This document shows positions 8,747 through 18,202 of a DNA stretch of 25,252 nucleotides, piece by piece. The stretch is from Methanocellales archaeon (GTDB taxonomy: Archaea > Halobacteriota > JAWCLZ01). The stretch covers positions 1 through 25,252 of the forward strand of contig JAWCMA010000016.1 in the NCBI GenBank assembly GCA_038850285.1, read 5' to 3'. A program made the position numbers and the translations under genes. Numbering within the stretch: the first letter of the stretch is position 1; the number at the start of each line of letters is the position of its first letter. The notes beneath the pieces are model-generated. The model had not been told where the DNA came from, made no database searches, and worked only from the letters and a program-made list of their open reading frames with translations.

Positions 8747-10180
8747 TTGATCGAAGAGAGAAGCAGAAAACTGCCGGAGAAAAAGAACTTTAGCGAGTGG
8801 TATAGCGAACTTTTAAGCGAGGCTGAGATAGTTGATGTGAGGTATCCAGTTAAAGGAATCTACATCTGGTATCCTTTCGGCTTCAAGCTTCGAAACTTGG
8901 TTTTTGGCATTTTAAAGTCCATTTTAGATAGAGATCATAAGGAAATACTTTTCCCATTATTGATACCTGAAACGGAGTTCATGAAGGAAGCGGAGCATAT
9001 CAAAGGCTTTGAAAATGAAGTTTACTGGGTAACAAAAGGAGGGAAAAGCACTCTTGAGGTTCCACTTGCTTTGAGACCTACTTCTGAAACTGCAATTTAT
9101 CCCATATTCAAGCTATGGATCAGATCGCATGTGGATTTACCATTAAAGATCTATCAACTTGTCAATGTTTTCAGATATGAAACCAAACACACTCGCCCGC
9201 TTATACGCCAGCGAGAGGTCACTTCATTTAAGGAAGCGCATACTGCACATGCTACTTGGGAGGAGGCTGAGCGCCAGGTGCATGAAGCTCTAAAGATATA
9301 CAGCGAGTTCTTCACTAGATTGGGAATTCCTCATATAATTTCTAGGAGACCTGAATGGGATAAATTCCCAGGCGCAGATTATACCATAGCTGTAGAAACA
9401 ATCATGCCCGATGGTAAAACCCTGCAAATAGGAACAGTGCATCACCTCGGCACCAACTTCTCTAAAACATTTGATATAACCTATGAAGATGAAAAAGGCG
9501 AGCAAAAACTCATAAATCAAACATGCTATGGAATTTCAGAGAGATGCATAGCAGCAGTTATCAGCATACACGGCGATAACAGAGGCTTGATCCTGCCACC
9601 TGAGGTAGCTCCAATTCAAATTGTGATCATACCCATACTTTTTGGCGAGGAAGAAAGTAAAGAGGTACTTGAAGTCTGCAGAGAGGTTTATGAAAAGCTA
9701 AAAAAAGCGAACTATCGCGTTGCCCTAGATGATTCAAGCGATAGACCGGGTGCTAAATTTTACAAGTGGGAGCTAAAGGGAGTGCCAATTAGAATTGAAA
9801 TTGGCCCGCGAGATATAAAGCAAAATTGCTTTACATTAGCTAGACGCGATACGAGCAAGAGAGAGATTATTCCCCTCGCGGATTTAATTAATATAATACC
9901 TCAGAAATTCGAGGAAATCCTAGAAGCAATCCGCAGCAAAGCTCAAAGGGAATTTGAATCAAGGATCTATAGCTTTTCAACCATTGAAGAAGCTAAAAAA
10001 TACGCGGGCAAGGGTATAGTTAAACTCTCGTGGTGCGAGAGCGAGGAATGTGCCCGTAAAATGGAAAATGATGTAGATGCAAGTTTACTTGGCGAAGCAA
10101 TCGGCGAGAACAAGCGCGGTAAATGCGCGATCTGCGGCAAAGAAAGTGAGAAAGTAGTATTAATAGCAAAACCATATTAA
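8747..10180 (+). CDS. proS: Proline--tRNA ligase, archaeal/eukaryotic type
   Basis: [33 protein letters not shown]...[30 protein letters not shown]-terminal WC...C...CAICG zinc site; TTG start after GAGGTGA. Confidence 0.98.
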   Translation: MIEERSRKLPEKKNFSEWYSELLSEAEIVDVRYPVKGIYIWYPFGFKLRNLVFGILKSILDRDHKEILFPLLIPETEFMKEAEHIKGFENEVYWVTKGGKSTLEVPLALRPTSETAIYPIFKLWIRSHVDLPLKIYQLVNVFRYETKHTRPLIRQREVTSFKEAHTAHATWEEAERQVHEALKIYSEFFTRLGIPHIISRRPEWDKFPGADYTIAVETIMPDGKTLQIGTVHHLGTNFSKTFDITYEDEKGEQKLINQTCYGISERCIAAVISIHGDNRGLILPPEVAPIQIVIIPILFGEEESKEVLEVCREVYEKLKKANYRVALDDSSDRPGAKFYKWELKGVPIRIEIGPRDIKQNCFTLARRDTSKREIIPLADLINIIPQKFEEILEAIRSKAQREFESRIYSFSTIEEAKKYAGKGIVKLSWCESEECARKMENDVDASLLGEAIGENKRGKCAICGKESEKVVLIAKPY

Positions 10181-10192
10181 TATCAAAGATAA

Positions 10193-11269
10193 ATGGAAAG
10201 CATTAAATTCGGCTTGCAGCTGCCTCTGCATCCGATGGCTTTGATTTTGAGAACAGCAGCCTATGCTGATAAAGCAAACTTCGACTCCTTGTTTACACCT
10301 GACCATCTCGTGGGAATTGGAATTAAGAGATGGGATGCATTTGAAGCTTGGAGTGTTTTAACCGCATGCGCTCTTATAACCAAGCGCGTAACCCTAGGCA
10401 CTTGCGTTAGCGATGTACATAGACATCATCCAGCAGTACTAGCTCAGCATTTAATGACACTGGATGTTATTTCAAAGGGAAGAGCAATCTTGGGCTTGGG
10501 CGCTGGCGAGGCAATGAATCTCAATCCCTATGGCATTAACTGGGATAAACCAGCTTTGAGAATGAGAGAGAGTATATTGATAATAAAGAAGCTTTTAAGT
10601 CAAGAAAAAGTGAATTTCAAGGGTAAATATTTCAAACTCAGGAATGCCTTCATCAAGCCCAAGCCAGTTCAAACCCCCCATCCTCCAATTTATATAGCGG
10701 GTAATTCAAAGCAGACTATAAAATTGACAGCTGAGCTTGGAGATGGCTGGATACCTCTCGGTTTAAGTCCGGAGAGCTATAGCGCAGTACTCAAGAAGAT
10801 CAAAAGCATAGCTAAAGCAGCGGATAGAGAGGAGGAGAAAATCGATCCCTGCATGTTCCTCTATATAGTGGTGCATGAAGATTATGAAGAGGCAAAGCGA
10901 ATTGCAGAGTTCCCAGCCAAAATGCTATTCTTGCTTTCGCCTAGGAAAAAAGAATTTTTACAAAGCATTGGATATAGAGGCGAGATTCCAGATGTAGGCG
11001 ATCTCTTCAGCTTCGAATTCGATGAAGAAAACATTGAGAGAATGAAAAACGCAGCGGCAAGGATCCCATTTGAAATCTTGGAAAAGCGCTACATAATAGG
11101 CACCCCTGAGATGTGCATAGAAAGGATCGAGCAATATATCAAAGCCGGCTGCAGGCATGTGATTCTAACCCCTCTTATCTCGCGGAAGCAACACTGCGAT
11201 ATGCTAGAATTAATAAGCAGAGAGATAGTGGGATACTTCAAAGATCAAAGATGGCAACCTATGAAATAA
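10193..11269 (+). CDS. LLM-class (luciferase-like) oxidoreductase, probably F420-dependent, not Mer itself
   Basis: DSLFTPDHL, LGTCVSD..RHHPAVLAQ...TLD.IS.GRAILGLGAGE..N..PYG, PKPVQ.PHPPIYIAG, LGDGWIP, GTPE.C.ERI. Confidence 0.88.
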   Translation: MESIKFGLQLPLHPMALILRTAAYADKANFDSLFTPDHLVGIGIKRWDAFEAWSVLTACALITKRVTLGTCVSDVHRHHPAVLAQHLMTLDVISKGRAILGLGAGEAMNLNPYGINWDKPALRMRESILIIKKLLSQEKVNFKGKYFKLRNAFIKPKPVQTPHPPIYIAGNSKQTIKLTAELGDGWIPLGLSPESYSAVLKKIKSIAKAADREEEKIDPCMFLYIVVHEDYEEAKRIAEFPAKMLFLLSPRKKEFLQSIGYRGEIPDVGDLFSFEFDEENIERMKNAAARIPFEILEKRYIIGTPEMCIERIEQYIKAGCRHVILTPLISRKQHCDMLELISREIVGYFKDQRWQPMK

Positions 11270-11415
11270 CCTGCAAATGCGGCTATCGAGAGCAAATTTG
11301 GATAGGCATCGCAATGGATATGGAGCTAGCTGACCTAAAAATCCAAAAATGCCCTCAATGTTCAAGCAAGCTGACCGTGAAAATGATATACTACGATCGC
11401 GCTTCTGAGGATTAA
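11251..11415 (+). CDS. Small zinc-ribbon protein, FmdB-like, 54 aa
   Basis: C-terminal half of the 11113-11415 ORF, restarted at ATG 11251: MATYEITCKCGY...KCPQCSSKL; overlaps the LLM stop by 19 nt. Confidence 0.68.
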   Translation: MATYEITCKCGYREQIWIGIAMDMELADLKIQKCPQCSSKLTVKMIYYDRASED

Positions 11416-11584
11416 ACAGCAGCTTCTCGTTGAATGCCGAGTTAATTTGTAATATAGCTGGTAATATTCCTCAGATGTATAGAGCTTAGAATTTAGGCTA
11501 TACCAAATATCTCAATGCATCAAGCAATACATTTGCCTCTTTCTTAGCGAACCTCATCCTGAAAAATAATAATTTTTTAAATTT

Positions 11585-11626
11585 AATTTTTAATTTTTAA
11601 TTTTTTATTTTTAATTTTTAATTTTT
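11585..11626 (+). repeat. Six tandem copies of AATTTTT (one TATTTTT); probable oligo-T terminator zone
   Basis: Read directly; lies between two convergent transcription units. Confidence 0.75.
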
Positions 11627-11655
11627 AAAATCTTCACATAAATTTTATTGAAAAC

Positions 11656-12435
11656 TTAGCCTATATAGCGCAGGTCATCTGCGGATTTAAGCGCCTGAGT
11701 CTTTTTCTCAAACTCTCTTTCCAAGCCTTTAATTCGCTCATCGCACCTCTTGGCCTCGCTCTCTAATTCAACTACATCTATTTCTATACCTTCGATTTCT
11801 GAGAATTTTTTGACCAGTGCAAGTGAAGCCTTGTAATCAATTGGATCATAGGGATTGCCAATGTGATAAACATAAGTCTCGCCGAGAAGGCAGATAGCCT
11901 CAATCCCACGCCTCCAAGCATATTCAATCAAAACTCCATTGAAGCCACTTACCTCGCCAGCCATAGGAATTACTCCTCTATCAGTTAAAAGGCTCATTAA
12001 CTCAGGCTTAGATGCCACTCCATATATTCTAGGCACATCAACGCGCGTTGGAACAGGTAATGCAGCGGCTGTATATATTCTTCTCACATTAAGCTGCTTA
12101 GCAGCCAGTGCAACTACATCTGCAAGTTCATTTTGCCTCTCAGGGAGAGAGGGCTGGAGATCAGCGCTGAAGAATATTAAATCGCGTTTATTTTCACGCT
12201 TTGAAATATAAAATCTATAGGGATCTCTTTGTCTCAATGGCTGAAGCAAGCCATATTTATCGAAAACAGCTATGGGTTGATGATCATAGGGAGCGGGGAT
12301 AGAACCAATTAATTCCGAATGAAGTTTTACAATGCAGTAATCAACCACTTGCTTAGCAACCAATCCCATTCCAGGGGCGCCCGCTAGCATTATAGGCTGA
12401 TTCAAATCCAGTTTTTTATAAATCCTAATTTCCAT
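11656..12435 (-). CDS. PAC2 family (proteasome assembly chaperone-like) protein
   Basis: LAGAPGMGLVAK.VVDY, GEVSGFNGVL, AICLLGET, D.KAS, and the C-terminal DLRYIG HbYX-like end. Confidence 0.88.
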   Translation of the reverse strand: MEIRIYKKLDLNQPIMLAGAPGMGLVAKQVVDYCIVKLHSELIGSIPAPYDHQPIAVFDKYGLLQPLRQRDPYRFYISKRENKRDLIFFSADLQPSLPERQNELADVVALAAKQLNVRRIYTAAALPVPTRVDVPRIYGVASKPELMSLLTDRGVIPMAGEVSGFNGVLIEYAWRRGIEAICLLGETYVYHIGNPYDPIDYKASLALVKKFSEIEGIEIDVVELESEAKRCDERIKGLEREFEKKTQALKSADDLRYIG

Positions 12436-12504
12436 TTTTAATACATCTCCATAAATAAATTGTAAGAAGAATTATATTGGCCTTATCCCTAATTATTGCT
12501 CTGA

Positions 12505-14211
12505 ATGAGAAATCCAGAAGTGGCTCAGATGCTATTTGAAATCGCAGATTTACTTGAATTGAAGGGAGAAAGCATCTATCGCATAGCTGCATATAGAGAA
12601 GCAGGTAGAAGCATCGAAAACCTTCCAATACCAATTGAGAGCTATAGCAGCGTGGAGAGGCTAAGGGAGATACCTGGAATTGGGGAGAGCATAGCTCATA
12701 AAATCCATGAATATTTAACCACAAATAAATGCAAATATCTCGAGGATCTGAGAAAGGAGTTCCCAGCGGGATTAATTGAAATCCAGAGAGTACCTGGGGT
12801 TGGACCTAAGATTGCGAAGCTGCTCTATGAAAAACTGGGGATAGATAGCTTAGAAGCACTTGAAAAAGCAGCGCTCGAGCATAGAATTCGAAAGCTACCG
12901 AGAATGGGTGCTAAAAGTGAGGAAAACATTTTGCGCGGCCTTCAAATGCTAAGAGCGAGAACTGGAAGAATGCTCCTAGGCATTGCGCTCCCAGCAGCTG
13001 AAGAAATAATAAAATTTATGAAGCAAGTGAAAGAGGTTGAGAAGATCGAAGCAGCTGGAAGCATAAGGCGGATGAAGGAAACAATTGGAGATATAGATAT
13101 ACTTGCTGCTTCAAAAGAACCAGCTGTGGTGATGAAAGCTTTTACCTCCCTCCCCGTTGTTAAAGAAGTCCTCGCTATCGGTGAAACCAAAGCAAGTATT
13201 CTTACCAAGGACAATCTTCAAATCGACCTTAGAGTGGTTGACCCTAACTGCTGGGGCGCAGCACTGCAGTACTTCACTGGCTCTAAAGCGCATAATATAA
13301 AACTGCGAGAGATGGCAGGTAAGCTGAATTTGAAGATAAATGAATATGGAGTCTTCAAGGGAGTTAGAAAAATTGGTGGAGAAATGGAAGAAGAGATATA
13401 TAAGCTTCTGGGATTACAATATATACCTCCTGAGCTGCGTGAAGATCAAGGTGAAGTTGAAGCTGCGAAGCAGGGTAAATTGCCCAAGCTTGTTGATTAT
13501 ACTGAGATCAAGGGCGATCTCCATGTGCACACCAACTGGAGCGATGGAAGTGCAAGTATACAGGAAATGGCAATGGCTGCGAAGCAGAGGGGCTATGAAT
13601 ATATTGCAATATGCGATCACTCTAAATCCCTCGGCGTTGCAGCTGGGCTAGAGGCTGAGGAAATCCACGAGCAGAGAAGGGAAATAAGGGAATTGAATCT
13701 GAAGTTCAAAGACTTCAAAATAATCTCAGGAGTCGAGGTTAATATCTTAAGCAATGGAGAAATAGACTTCAGCGATGCTGAGTTGAAGCAATTCGAATTG
13801 GTGATCGCTGGCATACACTCAGGCTTTCGCCAGTCTAAGGAAAAAATAACATCAAGAATTATATCTGCTATGGAAAATGAACACGTGGATATAATAAGCC
13901 ATCCCACGGGTAGATTGATTGAAAAAAGAGCTCCCTATGAAGTGGATGTGGAGAAAATCTTTGAAGTAGCAGCGCAGACTGAAACAGCTTTGGAAATAAG
14001 CGCTAGCCCGGATAGACTTGATTTAAGAGATATAGATGCAAGGAAGGCAAAGGAGTATGGCGTTGCAATTAGCATAGGCACCGACGCGCATTCCTTGGCC
14101 TCTCTCGATCTAATGAAATATGGCGTTGCCACTGCGCGCCGTGCTTGGCTAGAGGGGAAAGATGTGCTTAATACTCTATCAGCTGAAGAATTGCTCAAGC
14201 GATTCAAATAA
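12505..14211 (+). CDS. polX: Family X DNA polymerase / PHP 3'-5' exonuclease
   Basis: HhH repeats (IPGIGE, VPGVGPK), [35 protein letters not shown] motifs DLHVHT..SDG, CDHS, SHPTGR, GTDAH. Confidence 0.96.
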   Translation: MRNPEVAQMLFEIADLLELKGESIYRIAAYREAGRSIENLPIPIESYSSVERLREIPGIGESIAHKIHEYLTTNKCKYLEDLRKEFPAGLIEIQRVPGVGPKIAKLLYEKLGIDSLEALEKAALEHRIRKLPRMGAKSEENILRGLQMLRARTGRMLLGIALPAAEEIIKFMKQVKEVEKIEAAGSIRRMKETIGDIDILAASKEPAVVMKAFTSLPVVKEVLAIGETKASILTKDNLQIDLRVVDPNCWGAALQYFTGSKAHNIKLREMAGKLNLKINEYGVFKGVRKIGGEMEEEIYKLLGLQYIPPELREDQGEVEAAKQGKLPKLVDYTEIKGDLHVHTNWSDGSASIQEMAMAAKQRGYEYIAICDHSKSLGVAAGLEAEEIHEQRREIRELNLKFKDFKIISGVEVNILSNGEIDFSDAELKQFELVIAGIHSGFRQSKEKITSRIISAMENEHVDIISHPTGRLIEKRAPYEVDVEKIFEVAAQTETALEISASPDRLDLRDIDARKAKEYGVAISIGTDAHSLASLDLMKYGVATARRAWLEGKDVLNTLSAEELLKRFK

Positions 14212-14952
14212 CCTTGCAATGGTGATATAGCCGCTGTGGCCCACTCTCGTGCTTGGCCTAGTGCCTTTCTCTCCAAATTCAATCTCCCGCTCAATGACCT
14301 CAATAGTTCTAATCCCGCTATAATTTTCCCTCTCTAGAGCCATGCGAATTTGCTTGGTATGCTCGAAGTAGGGGGAATAAGCAGCTACATAGCCCCCTGG
14401 TTTTAGAACTCTGCGAAGCTTGGAAATGAGTCTATGCGCGTTTTCAAGGTCAAGCGTAACAACATCAAACTGCTCCTCAATTTTTTCTATTTCCTCAAAA
14501 ATATCACCTTGTCTTACTTCCACATTTCCCAAGCCGGCTATTGAAATATTTTCACGAGCGATTTTCACAAACTCTATATTTTTCTCATAGCTTATTACCT
14601 TTCCACTCCGCACGATATTACCCAAGAAAATTGCAAGAATACCTGAGCCAGTGCCAGCGTCGAGTACTTTATCGCTAGGGGAGATACCGGTATAGGCTAG
14701 GATAACTCCAATATCCTTCGGCAGCATTGGAGCGCCAGCTCTTCTTAATTTGCTGAAGAAATCAAACACTCGCGGCTGCGCTATCAAAAACCCATGTCCT
14801 AGATGCGTGGCAATTTTCTCTCCATAATTTCTACCCTTTAACTCAGAGAGTTTAATTACACCTAAATCTGTGTGAAGCTCGCCCTCGCTTATTGAGACGA
14901 GGAATTCTCTTTCATTTTTCTTCAGCAAAACAATATCGCCATTTCCCAGCAT
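14179..14952 (-). CDS. trmI: tRNA (adenine-N1)-methyltransferase TrmI / Gcd14 family
   Basis: LHTDLG, PKDIG.I, VLDAGTGSG, LKPGG..A.YSP..E, TRPSTRVGHSGYITIAR. Confidence 0.93.
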   Translation of the reverse strand: MLGNGDIVLLKKNEREFLVSISEGELHTDLGVIKLSELKGRNYGEKIATHLGHGFLIAQPRVFDFFSKLRRAGAPMLPKDIGVILAYTGISPSDKVLDAGTGSGILAIFLGNIVRSGKVISYEKNIEFVKIARENISIAGLGNVEVRQGDIFEEIEKIEEQFDVVTLDLENAHRLISKLRRVLKPGGYVAAYSPYFEHTKQIRMALERENYSGIRTIEVIEREIEFGEKGTRPSTRVGHSGYITIARLFESLEQFFS

Positions 14953-14962
14953 GCTTTGCTTT

Positions 14963-15313
14963 TTATTTAGATGTTAGCTTCAGGATTGCTTCTGCTAGGT
15001 CACCCTTGGTTTCAATTAAAGCCGCTTTAGCGCTTTCCTCGCTTGAGCCAGTTTGCTCCATCACAAGCTTAATGTCTGCCTCTGGAATATTGATTTCAAC
15101 TGCCTTTTCTTCCGGCGTGCCTATGATTTGATAGGTTTTAATACCTCTTGCTTCCATCACCGTTACTTGGGCGTCTTTAAATATAATTTCTTTATCTGAG
15201 GTGCGAATTATCACTTCCTTAACTCCCTCGATCTCGCTGATCTCAATGCCCATTTGCTTCATCATCTGCTGAAGCTTCTTGGGATTCATCCCTCTGCCCA
15301 TTCCAGGTATCAT
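14963..15313 (-). CDS. nac: Nascent polypeptide-associated complex protein
   Basis: MNPKKLQQMMKQMGI, EVII, TYQIIG, DIKLVMEQTG...GDLAEAIL (UBA-like end). Confidence 0.96.
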   Translation of the reverse strand: MIPGMGRGMNPKKLQQMMKQMGIEISEIEGVKEVIIRTSDKEIIFKDAQVTVMEARGIKTYQIIGTPEEKAVEINIPEADIKLVMEQTGSSEESAKAALIETKGDLAEAILKLTSK

Positions 15314-15319
15314 GATTTC

Positions 15320-15374
15320 ACCTTTCTCCTATCCACCTAGCTAATACCTTTTGCTCATATCCAACTAGCTAATA
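15320..15374. repeat. Imperfect ~28-bp tandem duplication upstream of nac
   Basis: TATCCACCTAGCTAATA (15330-15346) versus TATCCAACTAGCTAATA (15358-15374), 16 of 17 identical; similarity extends a few bases leftward. Confidence 0.8.
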
Positions 15375-15382
15375 TATCAGCT

Positions 15383-16663
15383 TTATGCAGAAGGCAAACT
15401 AGTTCTTATGCTTTTGGGCAGGATAATTTTCACCTTAGAGATCCTCCGCCCTCGCATGCTTTCCACAATCAAGATTTTGCCATCTACTTCTATTTTCTCT
15501 CCAGGAGATGGAATTTTACCGAGGCGGTCAAAGATTAGTCCTCCAATTGTTTCATACTCCCCGCTCGGCAGATCCACGCCAAGGGCTTCATTCACTTCAT
15601 CTATATTTGTCTTTGCATCTACAATGGCAATTTTATCATTCACCATTTGAATTTGGGTCTCAATAGCATCATATTCATCAAGGATCTCCCCAACGATCTC
15701 TTCCAAGAGATCTTCAAGGGTTATGAGCCCAGCTGTCCCGCCATATTCATCTATAACAATTGCCATTTGAATTCTATTCTGCTGAAACTCCTTCAAAAGA
15801 TCTCTTAACTTTTTAGAATCCGGGATGAAATAGGGTGGGCGGATTATTTCTTTAATTGGAGTGCTATATTTTTTCTCTTTAATTAAATGGAGTAAGTCCT
15901 TGAGGTTTAAAATACCCACGATGTTATCTATTGTACCATCGTATACCGGCAAGCGCGAGCGCCATTTTTTAAGCAAAACTTTAAGTGCTTCTTCAAGAGT
16001 GGATTTAACTTCTATGCAATCCATGTCTATTCTTGGAAGCATTACTTCCTTAGCAGTTTTTTCCCCGAACTCGAAGATTCCATTTATCATCTTTCGCTCT
16101 CCTTTTTCCACCACACCTTCTTGCTCACCGAGCTTGAGAAGCATTTTTAATTCATCTTGAGTTATTCGCGGCGTGGGCTTGATTGTTTCTCCACCGAGAG
16201 CTTTGATCAGAGAATTGGCAAGCCCGTTGAATATCAAAACAACTGGGCTGAAGAGGCGAATTAGGAAATTCATGGGCTTAGCTACTGCTAGTGCAACTTG
16301 ATTTGCATTTTTAGCGGCATAGCTTTTCGGTACTATCTCTCCAAAAGTTAATATGAGTAGAGCCATCATTCCAGTTGCAATTCCAATGCCTATGTCCCCG
16401 AAATAATCTATTGCAATTGCAGTTGCCACTGCAGCTGCGCCAAGATTTACGATGTTATTTCCCACTAGAATGGTATTTAAAACCCTCTCTGGATTCTTAA
16501 ACATTTGCTCGATAAGAATTGCATTTTTATTTCCATTCTCAGCGTATTTTTTCATTCGGATTTTATTTGAGGAGAAAATTGCCATCTCAGATGCTGAGAA
16601 AAAAGCGGATAGTATTAATAAGGCTATCAAAAGAATCCAGTAAATAGCCGTCCATTCATTCAA
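15383..16663 (-). CDS. CNNM/CorB (hemolysin-family DUF21 + CBS pair + CorC_HlyC) Mg2+ transporter-like protein
   Basis: SAFFSASEMA, ILVGNNIVN, FGEIVPKSYA, SRLPVY, MAIVIDEYGGTAGLITLEDLLEEIVGEI.DEYD, YETIGGLI. Confidence 0.94.
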   Translation of the reverse strand: MNEWTAIYWILLIALLILSAFFSASEMAIFSSNKIRMKKYAENGNKNAILIEQMFKNPERVLNTILVGNNIVNLGAAAVATAIAIDYFGDIGIGIATGMMALLILTFGEIVPKSYAAKNANQVALAVAKPMNFLIRLFSPVVLIFNGLANSLIKALGGETIKPTPRITQDELKMLLKLGEQEGVVEKGERKMINGIFEFGEKTAKEVMLPRIDMDCIEVKSTLEEALKVLLKKWRSRLPVYDGTIDNIVGILNLKDLLHLIKEKKYSTPIKEIIRPPYFIPDSKKLRDLLKEFQQNRIQMAIVIDEYGGTAGLITLEDLLEEIVGEILDEYDAIETQIQMVNDKIAIVDAKTNIDEVNEALGVDLPSGEYETIGGLIFDRLGKIPSPGEKIEVDGKILIVESMRGRRISKVKIILPKSIRTSLPSA

Positions 16664-16809
16664 CTCTTTTCTACCTCTATCGATATTTGATCCAATCGCT
16701 CTTTATTTATGTTGCGTTTAACTTTAACTTGATTAGATTATAAGCTCTACCATAATTATCCAAAATCAAAAATATATTGAAATTAGTACAATATAAAAGG
16801 GGATTTAAC

Positions 16810-17301
16810 TTGAGTAAAATTGAAATTCAAACTGTTAAAATAGAAGCACCTAGGGACTGCAATCTCATCTTGGGGCAGAGTCATTTTATCAAGACAGTTG
16901 AGGATTTATATGAAGCAATAGTGAATACCGTGCCTCAGGCCAAATTTGGGCTTGCATTCAGCGAATCCTCGGGTCCCTGCCTTATTAGAAGCGCTGGCAA
17001 TGATGAAGAGCTGAAGAAAGCAGCGAGTGAAAATGTACTTAAAATAGCATGCGGCCACTGCTTCTTAATTTTCCTCAAAAATGCCTATCCCATTAACATT
17101 CTGCAGCGAGTTAAAAGCGTGCCAGAAGTTGTGAGCTTATACTGTGCAACTGCAAATCCAGTTGAAGTAGTAATCGCTGAAACCGAGCAGGGAAGGGGAA
17201 TACTGGGAGTGATAGATGGATTGAAACCAAGGGGGATAGAAAGCGAGAAGGACGTGGAGGAGCGAAAGACATTCTTGAGGAAGATTGGATATAAGTTTTA
17301 A
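16810..17301 (+). CDS. Adenosine-specific kinase family (DUF355)
   Basis: [66 protein letters not shown] 16810 preferred as start. Confidence 0.9.
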   Translation: MSKIEIQTVKIEAPRDCNLILGQSHFIKTVEDLYEAIVNTVPQAKFGLAFSESSGPCLIRSAGNDEELKKAASENVLKIACGHCFLIFLKNAYPINILQRVKSVPEVVSLYCATANPVEVVIAETEQGRGILGVIDGLKPRGIESEKDVEERKTFLRKIGYKF

Positions 17302-17396
17302 CTGCTGCAAGCTGCTAGCTGCGAATTTGGACAGCAAAGGAAAAGGAAATTTAAAAATGTAATACTACTGCATTTGAAGGAGGCATTGCAACCGCA

Positions 17397-18194
17397 ATGG
17401 TATCAAAAGACGCTGTGGATCTAGTTAAAGAAGCCAAGAAAGCAATCCCTTCTATCGATGAGATTTTCAGAAAAGCTATTCAAGAAACCAAAAAATTTGA
17501 GAATAAATATATAGAGAATAGATTTTCAGAGGCTGTTATTGAACTTGAAGCAAAGGCATTTGAAATCTTCAAAAGATACGAGCGAGAGGCATTTGAAAGA
17601 CTTATCAGTTCGTGGTTCAAGGAAAACAAGCGAAGGATTGAAATGGAGATCGAGGAAGCATTGAGAAAATCTAGGGAAACGAATATCAAGCCAATAGAAT
17701 TTCTCAAGGATCTGATTCAAGAAATCGTAGAGGAAACTTATCCTATTATGCAATATTTCGAGAAATCGATGGGGAATATGCGTAAGGCACGCGGAGGTAG
17801 AACATTTGAATTGATAGTAAGATATCTTCTCGAAAAACTCGAGATCCCTTGCGAGCGTCCAATAACAGCTCAGGATCGAAAGCAGTTTAAAAATGTAGAC
17901 CTCCTTGTACCAGATTTGAAAACTGCACGCACAAAACCTGAACAATCAATTTTTATTTCAGAAAAAAGAACTCTCCGAGAGAGATGGAAGCAGTCTGTTC
18001 CTGAAATGAAACTTGGCTATGTCTATCTTTTAACAATCGACGGTAACATTCCTGCATCAAAGGCAGAAGATATGAAAAGTGAACATCTGATAGTTTATGT
18101 AAGAGATGAGTTAAAAGAGCTAGAACATTTGAAAGACTTGGACAATGTTCGAAGACTAAGCGATTTACCAAAAGACCTGGCGCGGTTCAAATAA
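17397..18194 (+). CDS. Type II restriction endonuclease, CCGG family (PspGI/SsoII/EcoRII-C-like)
   Basis: RGGRTFE helix; D-X21-K-X12-E catalytic spacing (VDLLVP...SEKRTLRERWKQSVPE) with the RER recognition motif; adjacent to a methyltransferase. Confidence 0.85.
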   Translation: MVSKDAVDLVKEAKKAIPSIDEIFRKAIQETKKFENKYIENRFSEAVIELEAKAFEIFKRYEREAFERLISSWFKENKRRIEMEIEEALRKSRETNIKPIEFLKDLIQEIVEETYPIMQYFEKSMGNMRKARGGRTFELIVRYLLEKLEIPCERPITAQDRKQFKNVDLLVPDLKTARTKPEQSIFISEKRTLRERWKQSVPEMKLGYVYLLTIDGNIPASKAEDMKSEHLIVYVRDELKELEHLKDLDNVRRLSDLPKDLARFK

Positions 18195-18202
18195 TCTAAA
18201 AT

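Noticed and set aside
11113-11250. N-terminal half of the 100-aa ORF
   Set aside because: Alternative frame inside the LLM gene; only the part from ATG 11251 looks like a protein.
405-11415. Both zinc-ribbon microproteins are 54 aa, suggesting paralogy
   Set aside because: No visible sequence similarity and different ligand patterns (HxxC/CxxC versus CxC/CxxC); treated as coincidence.
11585-15374. Short repeats at 11585 and 15330 as CRISPR remnants
   Set aside because: No repeat-spacer periodicity of CRISPR size, too few copies, no cas genes.
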